DNA from: Trypethelium eluteriae
Lineage: Eukaryota
Length of the DNA stretch: 39,697 bases
Assembly: GCA_051942245.1 (NCBI GenBank)
Contig: JAVECL010000175.1
Location: 1 to 39,697 of the forward strand
Direction of reading: 5' to 3'
Positions 1 to 11,301 of the stretch are shown here, one piece after another. Within the stretch, counting starts at the first letter, position 1. Each line of letters starts with the position of its first letter. Made by a program: the position numbers and the translations under genes. The notes beneath the pieces were generated by a model that was not told the origin of the DNA, did not search any database, and saw nothing but the letters and a program-made list of their open reading frames with translations.

Positions 1-594
1 AGACAGGGCGAATGGCACGACAAGTACCTGCATGAGACTATGTATATTGCACCCAAGGAGAGTGCGGCGCGGCTTCTCGATCTGGAAGATACGAATAACG
101 TTCGAGATAGAGCGGAGGCGCAGCGAAAGCGAAAAGCGGAAATTGACAGGGAAACGAAGTTGGCGAAGAAGTTGGCGTCTGCTGGCAGCGGAACCGGCAA
201 AGAATATCTGCAATCTCGACAGGCTGAGGTTGTAAAAGAGAACCTCCCTGCTATGCAGCCGAGGACATCATCCATCGACGTTACAGAGCCACGGGATGCC
301 GCTTCTTTGGGCTTGTTGGGAAATAAAGCATCCGAGATTACTTTGAGTCCAGTGAAGCGAGGCAGGTCCTTGGTGAAGGAAGGTTCAAATCCTTTGGGAT
401 GGGGTGGTGCGTCTAAGAGAGGGCTGCTGGACCTACAACCAAAGCAGGATTGTACAGAGCGCGAGAGGTCTCCCAGCAAGAAAAAAGCACGGTTCATGCT
501 TGAACAGGGAATCAGGCAGCCGGGACGTGAGAGCTTTGGAAATCCAGGGCAAGCCTCCGGTGGCGATGATGAGGATGAATTGGAGATTATCTGA
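1..594 (+). CDS. 3' part of a fungal hypothetical protein (runs in from upstream of the window)
   Basis: Frame open from base 1 (RQGEWHDKYLHETMYIAPKE...) to TGA at 592-594; charged, NLS-like KRK and SPSKKKARF; acidic C-terminus DDEDELEII. Family not recognised. Confidence 0.7.
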   Translation, partial: RQGEWHDKYLHETMYIAPKESAARLLDLEDTNNVRDRAEAQRKRKAEIDRETKLAKKLASAGSGTGKEYLQSRQAEVVKENLPAMQPRTSSIDVTEPRDAASLGLLGNKASEITLSPVKRGRSLVKEGSNPLGWGGASKRGLLDLQPKQDCTERERSPSKKKARFMLEQGIRQPGRESFGNPGQASGGDDEDELEII

Positions 595-666
595 CGAAGA
601 AATGAATATATATATTAATCACGCTGTTATGGGTATCATAAAGATCAAAAAAGAAGCTATGAAGGG

Positions 667-1464
667 TCATTGTCGTCCCCTGATCCTGCCTCTTGATGAG
701 CTCGTTCCTCTTCCTGTGCCAGTGCCCGCTCGTCCATTTGTGCTTCTGGTCCCCCGACCGCCTTGGCCGCCAACACCCACGTATCCTGCTCTCGAATCAC
801 TAGAGGTCGAACTTGAGGTACCACGCGAAGATGCAGTCGTTCTTCTGCTACCTCTAGTCCCGCGAGCTCCTCTCGATGTTTGGACCTCGCTTCTTCTCTG
901 GTCTTCTTCTGCTTTACGCATAGCTGCCTCCCGTCGTTGCTGCTCTTCTAGCTCCCTCCTTTCGGCAACCTGTTGGCGTAGCACAGCTTCGTTTTCCACG
1001 TCTGCAAGGTCTTGTGCTGCGCCTTGCCATGCCGGGTTGAGGATTAGCCGCTGGTTATGTTCCGTCTGAGATAAAATCCTAGTCCATGTATTTAACAGCG
1101 TTGATGCATTATGGACTGTGCGCGTGACAGTCTGGAGAAATCAGCCACGAACGACCGTAGTGGGGCTTGTCAAAATGTCACGAACATCCATGTTGCCTTT
1201 GGCCTTCTCCAAACTTGCTACGGTATCCTCAATGACTTTGTTGACCCGTCGTACATTTTCTAATTCTTGCCGAAGCCTAGCCTCACGACTATCCGCGTCC
1301 TCGAGGCTCTCCTGTTGACTACGAGCTCTCGAAGCAAGGATTGTTCCGCCATTGGAGCTTGACTTCTCAGCGCGAGGCTGTCCTGGGGATGCGAAGAGGT
1401 CCTCGGGATCGGTATCGTCAAGCTGCAGGTCGTCTAGGTTCGGCGTTGAGGAATTCTTGGCCAT
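667..1464 (-). CDS. duo1: DASH/Dam1 complex subunit Duo1 (exons 1464-1186, 1131-667)
   Basis: Spliced across GT..CTGAT..CAG intron 1185-1132 it reads LRQELENVRRVNKVIEDTVASLEKAKGNMD/TVTRTVHNASTLLNTWTRILSQTEHNQRLILNPAWQGA, the Duo1 signature, followed by an Arg/Gly-rich tail. Confidence 0.92.
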
Positions 1465-1519
1465 GATTGGAGATTGAATGACCAAATTGGCGGTAGAGAG
1501 ATTTTTCTGGAGTGGTTTG

Positions 1520-1639
1520 ACGCGTCGAGATGTAAGCAAGAGCCTGGTAGGTAGAGGGGCACAGCGGCTAGGATGACGTCGCTTCGTTAAAGTGATTGTT
1601 TTTATTTTAGTTGTGGGGTCGCGCGGCATGTGGACGCGT
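1520..1639. promoter_or_regulatory. Two MCB (ACGCGT) boxes in the duo1 / CDK-inhibitor-like divergent promoter
   Basis: ACGCGT at 1520-1525 and 1634-1639, plus CGCG-rich words at ~1620 and ~1999; both flanking genes have cell-cycle-type products. Confidence 0.4.
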
Positions 1640-2025
1640 TGTCGGACGTGCGTGCGTGCAGTGGTGCGTTCCCCAGCCGAACCGGTGCCAGCCCCAGCCT
1701 CTCGCCGCGAGCCACATCAATTCTCCTCCGTTCCGTGCCTACCTACTTTCTGCATACCATCACCACCCTCCGACTATCTTCCTGCTTTCATAATTTCACC
1801 ATCTTTGCGACCTGCTACATTGCTAATTAAATCATATTGCATTGCTAGCCTGCTTCAATCGACTCTTGCTCTTCGTTTGCCGACACGATCCGACCTCAGT
1901 TGCTGCATGTACGACGGGCAGTATTTTGATTAATTGGCGCTGGACAACGCACTTTCGTAATCCACGAAGCTGATCTCGGGCTATCCATCTATCGAAAACG
2001 CGCGAACCATTCAAGACTTTCTAAT

Positions 2026-3501
2026 ATGGCTGCAACGCCTCCACCAGTCGGTCGAATTCACACTCCTCCGGCACCCCTTCACGGAGCTGTGCACGATTCT
2101 TACGAGCCCTATTCTCCTCGAAGGTCGCGTCGCGTGCTAGAAAGACAACAGAGATCACCTGTTTCAGACGTCTCTGCTGCACCGGTCCGGCAACGCATCA
2201 ACAGAGCGGCAACTCCTCCAACGAAGACGATGTCCGCGCGAACAGCAAGCCAGACGTTTTCTCCGCCCTCGTCGCCTGCCTCACCTCACACTCAGAGATC
2301 GTCGCCAAAGAAAGCTGCAACGCAAAGATCTACGAACGTAAATTCTCAAGCCAACAATAAACTGTCGTCCCTCCTTTACCCTAATACATCCCTTGATCCG
2401 ACAACATCCCTTCCTACTCCATCCAAGACTCCTCGCAAGAAAAATGGCCCTAGTCAAGCTGCGCTCAGCTCCACATCCCGTGTATTGTTTTCTAACCGAC
2501 CAGCAACTGTTGAAGAAACAATGCAAACACCGAAAAGGGGAAAGCACGCCAGGAAATCAAGTGCATTCGGCTTTGATGGAAGCATGGACGACCAAGATCT
2601 GGACACCTCGGACAGCATCGAAATCTACACGGACTCAAAAGAGCGCATGCCAGTGAAAGATCAAGATCCGGATAATCCTTTCGTGAATCACGGGGAGCAA
2701 CCACAACCGAAAAACAGAGGATCTGGAAAACGTCGAAGGGGCCAATCTTCGTCAGACAAACTTATGGATGAGGCAGTTGAGAATGGTGAAGGGATGATAT
2801 ATGTCTTGTATGTCTTCAAAATGCCTGTGGAAATAGTAATTTCTTCCGCTTACTAACAGTCCAATAGCCGTGGAAAGCGAGTCTTCCGTTCCTTCGATAA
2901 TAGCTCGAATAAGATCGCTGTAACAGACTCAGGAGATGCGGAAACGCGCCGCGCGGCAGGTACGACCGCCGGACGACCTCTAACGCGCACAAATTTCAAA
3001 CCTCGCCTTCTGTTCCCCAACGATGCCCAGGCGAATGCTCGCCAGGAAGATGACGATGAAGACGACCGAGAAGCAGTCACCGACATCGATGAACGCATCG
3101 CTTCATCTTCCACGGCCGACCATCAAGCCCCACCGTCCGAAGTCGAGATGAAGCAGCAGGATCAGGAAGTCATCACCCCAGTGAAACAGGACTTTACTCC
3201 TGAAACCCCTCCATCTACGATTCGTGCAACGCGTTCAAGCACCAAGAAGGATACTGAAACCTCTCCACTTACACGCGCCACCGATGCTCACCAGCATGAC
3301 GAGCAGGATGAGTACGATCTGGAATCCAGACGGATGCAGACGCGACGCAAGAAACCGAGTCCCTTTGATAAATGGCCTCGCGCGAAGACATCGTCAAGGA
3401 ATGTTTCAGGAGTGAAGCGAGAGGCGGAGCCATTGGAGAAGGAAGAAGGGCAGAGAATTGTGGGTAAGCGGACGAGGAGCGGTGCGGCGCCGACGGAATG
3501 A
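2026..3501 (+). CDS. Rum1/Sic1-like cyclin-dependent kinase inhibitor candidate (exons 2026-2807, 2868-3501)
   Basis: Intron 2808-2867 (GTATGT..TACTAAC..TAG) joins GMIYVF/RGKRVFRSF. Motifs LPTPSKTPRKK, DNPF, GMIYVFRGKRV and FKPRLLF occur in the same order as in S. pombe Rum1 as I recall it; disordered and rich in S/T-P sites. Confidence 0.75.
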
Positions 3502-4069
3502 TGATATCGTTGTGTGTTGGACTGAGAGGATGGAATGTGATCTCAGAGATACGAGAGTGAACCATATGCTTGGGAATCAGATAATTGGGTGTCTGAATGA
3601 AGACTTGAAAGTAAGATGCCAATGGCATGAGGGTTGTCTGTGAAGTTCTGTACCTTCGTTTGGCGATACGGCATGGGCAAGAGATATCATTTTACATCAG
3701 TGGAGCGAGTCCGGATAAGGACATTATGAATGAACGGCAGGAGCATCAGTGTCTTTGTGGATGGGTATGGGTCTGGTATGGTAGCCTACTGATTTAGTGC
3801 TACAGCTGAAATCAAGATAATGTATTCACGGAAAGTTTACTGAAAATGGGACTGTAATCATGACAGTACAGATTGATTCCTATCTATATTTCACCTCCGC
3901 AGATCCACCTTGGGAGGAAGAAGCATTACAGATGACCTACCTAAATGAAGCTAAGAGGAATGAAGAATTACGAGGCCCTATTCTTCATTCTGGGGCTCAC
4001 TCCATGCGAATAGATCGAAGACTGGATGGGGAGGCAGCACTAACTTACCTTTACTTTTCCCGCACTCGA

Positions 4070-5575
4070 TCATGGCAACTTTACTCCACCAGTTTCGTCA
4101 TGGTCTTCTCGATCTCCTCGCACAGGCGCCCGTCCATAGCTACCACACGCACACTCTTCCGTAGCTACTTTCTGCTCCTCCATTTTCTCCCCAACATCCG
4201 GTGACACATACGTCTCGACTTTCGTCTTCATCCATAATGGTAACTCCAAGCTGTCAAGCAGTCTGAATGCTCTCGGTAATTCAGAATTGCCATTAACACT
4301 GTATGAGACCAGGGGAGGGAGGTCCTTGAAGCGGTACAGAGGCTCACTCGTCGCGACTAGCTCTGCTAGCGTCGCCGGCTGCGAGTCGTCATCCTCTTGC
4401 TTGTGCGAGCACGCTTTCAGGCTCTGGGTGGAGGGAAGGGAGAGGGCGATAGACGACGACGCTGGCGAGGAAGGAACGGAAGTCTCTTCGTCAAAGTCCA
4501 CATCGGAGAAATTATCCGAGCCTGACAGGTCAGAGGAACTTGCGTAAGACACGACAGGAGAAAGCTCGCCAGGGTCCAATCGAGACACGGCATCAAGGAA
4601 GACATCCGTGCTTGCTGGAGATTCCCGATCGCTGACCTCGCTGCCAGGTATGAATACAGTCGCGACAGGGGAGAGTAAAGACGGAGATGGGAGAGGTGCT
4701 ACTAAGGAAGCAGCCTCACGTTCGGCACGTAGAGCTTCAAGCTCGCGTCGGTCGATGCCAGCCATCTCGTCGTGCTCGGCAAAGAGCTCCTCGAAACGAG
4801 ACTTTTCTGCCTCGCTAGCTACGACAGACATAGCCGGGCAGTGAGCACGACTTTCCTCCTTGGCGCGTTGACGGTTGCGGACATCTTGCTCAGCCCAAAG
4901 TTCTTGCAGGCTTGCGAGCAACTGGTCGAACTTGTCGTTGGACTTGCGGGTGAAGCAAGCCGCCTTGTTAAAGGTCTTCCCTGGGAAGCAGCGGAATTTC
5001 GGTCGTGCCGCAGACCACAGAAGGGAATCAGGTTCCACTGGGTTTGGAACGAGGCCGTTCCATGCTGCACCCATTGCATGATAGTGTACACAGAGCTCGT
5101 AGAACTCTTCCAAGTTCTCCAGCGCTTCCCCGAGCTTCTTGAGAGGATACTCGTAAGTCCATTCAACGCCATTGTTCTCGCTGAAAGACCACATACTAAC
5201 GTGACGGAGTGCAAGATCTTGGTCGAGAGTTTCATACGCTTGCTTGAGCTTCGCGAATCCAGCACGGAACTCTCCAGTGCGACGGCGGAGAAGTTGGACA
5301 ATGAGCTCGACGCAACGAAAGTCTGGGCGGAAGTTGTTGCAGCTGGGAAGCTGGCACATCGTCCTTACCGAAGGATCGAAGTTGACGTTCTTTTCTGCTC
5401 GTCCATAGGTCGGACCTTCGATGAAAATGTACTCTGACACCAGGTCAGGTCGCGGAAGCTGATTCGAGGGAACACAGATACTGTTGATCGCTTCAGTGCA
5501 TTTCTTCGTGGCTGGGTGACTTACCAAGACTCTGCTATGTCCACAGTTATAGAGGCCAACAGCGACGCGACACAT
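4070..5575 (-). CDS. Hypothetical protein, 501 aa, N-terminal MCx7YxCGH Cys/His cluster
   Basis: Single long ORF; N-terminus MCRVAVGLYNCGH...C...C typical of fungal lineage-specific putative Zn-binding proteins; helical middle, Ser/Pro/acidic tail. Confidence 0.7.
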   Translation of the reverse strand: MCRVAVGLYNCGHSRVLVSHPATKKCTEAINSICVPSNQLPRPDLVSEYIFIEGPTYGRAEKNVNFDPSVRTMCQLPSCNNFRPDFRCVELIVQLLRRRTGEFRAGFAKLKQAYETLDQDLALRHVSMWSFSENNGVEWTYEYPLKKLGEALENLEEFYELCVHYHAMGAAWNGLVPNPVEPDSLLWSAARPKFRCFPGKTFNKAACFTRKSNDKFDQLLASLQELWAEQDVRNRQRAKEESRAHCPAMSVVASEAEKSRFEELFAEHDEMAGIDRRELEALRAEREAASLVAPLPSPSLLSPVATVFIPGSEVSDRESPASTDVFLDAVSRLDPGELSPVVSYASSSDLSGSDNFSDVDFDEETSVPSSPASSSIALSLPSTQSLKACSHKQEDDDSQPATLAELVATSEPLYRFKDLPPLVSYSVNGNSELPRAFRLLDSLELPLWMKTKVETYVSPDVGEKMEEQKVATEECACGSYGRAPVRGDREDHDETGGVKLP

Positions 5576-6130
5576 TATGAGATATTGGTCGGGAGTTCTA
5601 CGTTGGCCGAACCTTCTGTTAAAAGTTAGATATTGTAGAGATCAGACCAGCGCAGAAATGAAATGCAAAGTAGCGGAATCAGTCAGATATGAAGTGAAGA
5701 GATTAGCCTTTGGGATAGGCGCTGAGGATATTATTTAATATGCGATGGTATAGCACCTCATGTTCTTTGTTCACTTGTAGATGACAAAGGGAATGTGCAC
5801 AAAACCTACGGAAAACAATGCTGCAACAAAATCTGGATACAAAGACGAGTTACTCATGAGTCACGCAACCTATCAATCGAGTGCATCTGTCGGAGTCTCC
5901 ATGTGATGAGCTTATAGACATTGTCCCGTTCAAATGATACAGTCGTATCTAGTTGTATAATCTGGATATGTCTTGAGGTTCATTGCTTAGGAGGGATTCC
6001 TTTCTTCTTTCATCGTTTTGTCTTTTGATTTCTTTCCTTTTTCTATTGTGAATAGTCGCTCCACCTTACTCTTACCTCTTGATCTTCGCCCTACACTCTC
6101 GAACCTATGCACGTCAACAACACTCAAGCC

Positions 6131-6808
6131 TCACTCACCATCTTGATCCAGATACCCCAAATCCCTAAACGCCCTCATCAAGATCTCCCTTATGACCCAC
6201 TCCTTCCTCTGATTGTATTCTATCAATACTTCCCCTTTCTCCTTCGACACTGCGGCACACTCCTTCTTGGTCGTCGCGTACAGCTCCTTGTCATCCTCAT
6301 GCGCCCGTAACCAGTCCCTGAAGATGCGATGCCTCTCCACCTCGGGGCACAGCGGCCCCCAGACGTGCAGGTTGCACGATATGGGTTCCGAGGCCCTGAA
6401 GTAGCGGTGCTCATACCAGGTGGGCTCCCGTATACGGAACTCGAACCCCGCGGCCTCAAGACGAGGCACGTAGAACGGCTCGGAGGACAAGCCGCTGGAG
6501 GAGAGGACGAGGTCAATATCGATGACGGCTTTTGCGGGGAGATCGGGGACTGAGGTTGAACCGACGTGGTTGATGGCAAGGATGGTGACTTTACTGCCAT
6601 TTTCTTCTTCAGGGGAAGACTCAAATGCAGCGATGATGCGCGACTTGAATGTCTGGTAGTATTCGGGCCATCGTGGATCTGGTTCAACCATGGCAAAGTG
6701 GGGGGCTCTGACTGTGCGTCCGGGAATTCGTTGGACGCCTTCAGGATCGTATTCGTAGTGCTTGAGTATAGTCTCTATCGGAACGCCATTGACAGTTTTG
6801 TTTGCCAT
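6131..6808 (-). CDS. GrpB / UPF0157 family nucleotidyltransferase-fold protein
   Basis: HVGSTSVPDLPAKAVIDIDL, NLHVW, RHRIFRDWLR and YATTKK...YNQRK motifs; intronless. Confidence 0.9.
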   Translation of the reverse strand: MANKTVNGVPIETILKHYEYDPEGVQRIPGRTVRAPHFAMVEPDPRWPEYYQTFKSRIIAAFESSPEEENGSKVTILAINHVGSTSVPDLPAKAVIDIDLVLSSSGLSSEPFYVPRLEAAGFEFRIREPTWYEHRYFRASEPISCNLHVWGPLCPEVERHRIFRDWLRAHEDDKELYATTKKECAAVSKEKGEVLIEYNQRKEWVIREILMRAFRDLGYLDQDGE

Positions 6809-8560
6809 TTTGAGATTCTACTTCTTTTCTTTCGTAGCTTCCCCACCTTGTTCTGTGTTTTGGTCACGGACTACAAAGAGTCGCAAGTTGCCACGACAAG
6901 CTTGACGCTCGTGAGCTCAATAAATATTGTGCTGTGCTGTGACGGCCATGGTAAAGCGACGTTGCAGGAGACGAATTGAATGGTGTGCGGAGAGGGAGAC
7001 CGTGCGTAGAGACTGGCACAGTGCTGAATCCAGCTGGCCCGTGCATAGAGGAAGAGCTAGAGTGTACGCTGGAGATTGGCCCGCGTTAGAAGACAATACA
7101 TGCTTTGCAAACGAAGGCTGCTTCCGCAAACGACTATACCTTGCGATTGAGCGAAGACAACAGTCTTCAGGATCAGAGAGATCACACAGTGAATGATAAC
7201 GCTGACTGTGAACGCCGCGACAATTTTGCAAGCGCTGCAGTGCGTATTCAATCGGCTAGAAGTCTAACATTCGGTTACTCAAGCCGAGAAAGAAATTGTT
7301 TTGCAATCGTGTAGTACCTCAATCTTAGAAACCTGATGGTGTTCGAAGTCGGCGGCTGCCCAGGCAGAAACTTCGGTACAGGAGAGTATCATTCTTGCGG
7401 CTTTTATTGGCAACCTTTGCCCAGTACTCACCCTGTAGATGCTGGAGAAGGGTATAAGCTGACGGACATATTCGCCTTCGCCCTGTATGCCACTGTCTCC
7501 TGCGTGGTCCCTTCTTAGGGGGTCTCTGCGTATCTCAACCTTATCGCCATCACAGTGCGAGTCCACTAGCTGCGACTTTTGAACACCATCGATCGCAAAG
7601 AAAAGACAGCATTTCGGAAGCCTCCGGTCAACATTTGTGCGCTCGCAGGCAGTGATACTTTTGTGACTGCGAAGGTGGATGATTTAAAGTTCATACCGAA
7701 GAGCTGCATTGAGCCTCGAAGGAAGAATGAGAATGAGAAATCAAGAAAATGCAAGAAAGAAGAGGGTAAACATTATCAAAGCATAACAATGTAAGTGCTC
7801 GGCATAGTCAAGCGTGTCAAGCTGGGAAGCCATCTACCAATATCGACATCTCGAACACTCTCAGGCCGCGGACGTGCTTCTACATGGTGATTCTGGGTAT
7901 TGCGATTAGAGATTATACCTACGGCATGAACCTTCAGAAGCATAGTAGCATTCTGGACCGGCCGGAACCTCCATGACCCTGCATCTGCAGGCTGAGTATC
8001 TAACCCTTACACCATCCTGTCTAACGTTTACGCATCCTCTGAAAGCGATGATCCTGCCCAGAGATAGGCAATACCTGCGAATCAATGATTCAGCATTTCC
8101 AGCTTCCCCACGCGGGTCCGCTCCTCGGGTAGTGACGAGCTAAGATCCCAATGCGTGCACGATATGCAAGTTCCTGATTTCGTACCTACCTACCCTAGGC
8201 ACTTCGTACTCCACAATTGGTGCAGGTTTGAGCAGATTTGCGCGCATTTGATGACTGTCTCTGTTGTTGGTCTACGATTGGTCCGCATTTACTTTCTGTT
8301 GTTGGTCAAGACTAGGGCAGAGCTTGCTTCGTACGCCCAACCACTCGTCCATCACTGATCTGAGTTAGAGGAGCGCGGCACTCAGTTGTTCTGGACCTAC
8401 AACGTCTTGTGCTTGTCTCTGTATGATTGCTTTAATTTTATGATCTATGCTCTTGCCGCGCGCCTCTCATGCCAAAACTTGCTGTTTACGTTAGTTTTCT
8501 TTTAGAATTCAGACCTTGGTTTTGAGCTCCTGGAGTGTTACAATCAACAAAGTCGTCATC

Positions 8561-10250
8561 ATGGATATGCCGATGACCAATCCTGCCGTGGCCAATTTAT
8601 CGCTCTCCGACCCTGCATGTATCTAGGTAGCAGAGTCGTGTGCTGTGTTCTATACAGCGGAGAATACTCATAGGCAACTGTCTCATGGTCAAGCCTGTTC
8701 CAATTTGATCATTGGATAACCTGTTATTGGGTCATCATACTGGGACTTGCCTTTTTCGGACACATGTTCTAGCAGTTGAAGGATCGCAGATTTCGCAGTA
8801 CCTCAAGAATCGGCTCCTGTAATGTCAGAAAGGCAGAGGTATTGGGCCGGTAGGCACTCTACCGACGCCCTCTACCGTATCCCTGGACAAGACTTCTGGA
8901 TATACTACAAAATTTCGGCATACTTGCATTCCTTTTCTTATCAGCACTGTGTCTTTGACCGGGCTGGTATTTGGGCCTCGCCCTTATCATCGAGAATACC
9001 TTAGTTACGATTTACTTCTTTTTGCAGTTAGGATGGAGCTCACATCTTTTGCCTGTCTGCCCGCCATGGTCGCCCTCTCTGGCAAGGCAAACGTCGTAGC
9101 GCTCTTTACAGGAATCAGCCACGAACGTCTTAATATCATACAATGATGGGTGTCGTGGATCAGATTCGTTCTTGCCCTTATCTATATTATTCCATTTTCT
9201 TACGCAGTACTCACTGAGTACAGGTGGGGTAGAGCTTGTCGTGAGAAATTTGAGATTTATAAGGGAGGACTCGAAGGAAACGATCAGGTGAGCAGACTTT
9301 CAGACTTTTCACGAAATTACGGCCTGAAACACCTGTCGCTCTCAAATGTGGGACTCGATGCGCAGGCTGAAGAAGTGACGCTTTGTGGTCAAGGACAACA
9401 ATGTGCCGCTTCTGGCCATTCTCTCCGCTATCTGCATCATTTCGCTTCCGCCTATAGCTACGCATTCGATTTTCCGAAACATTCTATCGCTCCCACGTGT
9501 TTCTTACTATTACCTAATTGGAGCTAATGCTTTGCCATGTAATCGGCGGCGACTCCTGGGCCTATCTCTGGGCAACAGTTGCAACCTGGCTTGCGTCCTG
9601 GTTTGCCCGCATTTTCTGGAAGACACAGTCACTTAATATTTCTAGCGAATGATTTTCTGCAACATCTGCGAGCTTAGCTATTTTACCAGGCGATGTAAGC
9701 CGTGTCGATGTTTGGTGTGGCTCCTTCTTCAAGTGGAAAAATGGCCAGCACGTCTTCTTACGTTTTACTGATATATCACCTCTAGGCAATCACCCATTGA
9801 TGAATGCCTCGGCTTAGTCTCTAGCTCACGCTTTCGATCACTGTTTTGTTTTTCTGGCACGGTCCTACGCTAGCTCTACGCCCAGACTTGCCGACTACAC
9901 CGCTAACCGATCCGAGATAGACCATGCAGATACGGAAGTCTGGCTTGACGGCCCATACGGTGGCAGTCTCCACTCAGTAGTAAAATTCTATGCTACCTGA
10001 CTACTGGTGGTGGAGGGATAGGCATATCAACGTCTCTGCCATGGGTTCTTCACACGATGGATCAGTGTAAGGCAGCTCATAATAGTCTGAAAAGAGTTTT
10101 TTTTTTTTTTTTGTGTAGACCATCAGAAATGACGATACGCTCACTTGGATTGGGAAGGAGCTGGATCCCATCGGTTGACATGGGAAGAAGGCCCAAATTA
10201 GCATCTTGGTCCACATCTATACGACCAGTCATTTCAATGCTGCAAGCTTA
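8561..10250 (+). pseudogene. Degenerate ferric/cupric reductase (FRE/NOX superfamily)
   Basis: Fragments LSGKANVVALFTGISHERLNIIQ*WVSW, ETFYRSHVFLTIT*L, DSWAYLWAT, WKNGQHVFLRFTDISPLGNHP, VWLDGPYGG (9941-9964) and GGIGISTSLPW in correct order, broken by stops (9144-9146, 9515-9517, 9650-9652, 9998-10000) and frameshifts. Ends approximate. Confidence 0.88.
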
Positions 10251-10415
10251 TCTATAGCATTAGCAGAAAAGACTGAACCTGTCATTGATGCATCTAAACT
10301 TGATCCCATGATCGATGTCAAAGCCATTTTCTTTAGCTCCACAGTCGTATCTCTTCTAGCCAAGTGGATGGGACTGGTAGCAAATTCTCATTCCTCTACT
10401 CTTCAACCACTGTCA

Positions 10416-11301
10416 TCAGCAGCACAACGTCGTTTCCTCTCGAGTTACCGCGATCGTATTAGAGTCCCACTGGAACATGAAGAATCCCAAGAAAGCGCCA
10501 ATCAGAACGCAAATGATGATATAACCGTTGTACGACATTACGAGCCTGGTGAATGATCATCAGTATCCTTTTCGGAGATAGAGACAAGTACAAGCCCTAC
10601 AGCATGATAATGTAGGCAACCCCGAAAGTAACCATATGCAGCAATGCCCTCAGTACTTGCTGAATAGCACTCGGCCTGAATTTTACGAGATCTTCTTTTC
10701 CCTGTTGAGGTCGTACGTGGGCTGCGGTACCGTAGATCGAGACGCTGGATAAGCTCGCAGATACCGATGTCATAGCATTTACCTCCTTGGAGCTATCACA
10801 TTCAACTCTTGACCTCGTGGTATTGCCGGCCGATGCTCCAGGCGCCAGCTCAAGCTTCTTTCTGTACGATTCAATCATCTGGCGGTCATACTCTTTCCCC
10901 AGCCGACGCAGGGACTCAAGCGCGATCACAAGAAATATGACACCGATACATGAGCCAGCGAAGATGCCGCCATTCTTGACATGCCATGAGCTAGAGAGAA
11001 AGCATGAATCCGTGGTATACCAGTTCCATAACATCTGTGAGATATTCATATAAGCATTGATTTTTGCCATTCGGATAGATATTTTCGGCCGCATAATGCT
11101 TCGAAACGCCGAAGATCTTATACCATTGAATGAGGGCAAATGAGAGGAGTTCCATACCGATATTTGGCAGGCAGAACCTGTGCCCATTGACATGCCTCCC
11201 ATCGACATTCCGTCTATAGAGTTCGTGGTGGTTGAGGTGGTCGTTGAAATTATTGAAGACGCTGCTCTTGTACTCATGCTACCCATGCGGGTCATGCTCA
11301 T
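10416..11301 (-). CDS. ctr: Ctr-family high-affinity copper transporter (exons 11301-11158, 11034-10601, 10545-10416)
   Basis: Met-rich N-terminus; CQIS/MLWNWYTTDSCFLSSSWH; TM2 MxxxM (YIIMLLVMSYNGY); GxxxG in TM3; C-terminal CC; canonical introns 11157-11035 and 10600-10546. Confidence 0.95.

Noticed and set aside
404..1069. 221-aa plus-strand ORF
   Set aside because: Overlaps the first gene in another frame and is antisense to duo1 exon 2; shadow ORF.
4772..5437. 221-aa plus-strand ORF and similar antisense ORFs (38313-38942, 32354-32725)
   Set aside because: Antisense shadows of longer, better-supported genes.
6131..6808. Horizontal transfer of the intronless, GC-rich GrpB gene
   Set aside because: GrpB proteins are widespread in filamentous fungi; composition alone is insufficient.
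6864..8400. Short ORFs in the intergenic stretch (also 21700-22900 and 24400-26300)
   Set aside because: No recognisable motifs or consistent splice structure.
10097..10112. Poly-T tracts (also ~12926-12939)
   Set aside because: Ordinary homopolymers with no retroposition hallmarks.
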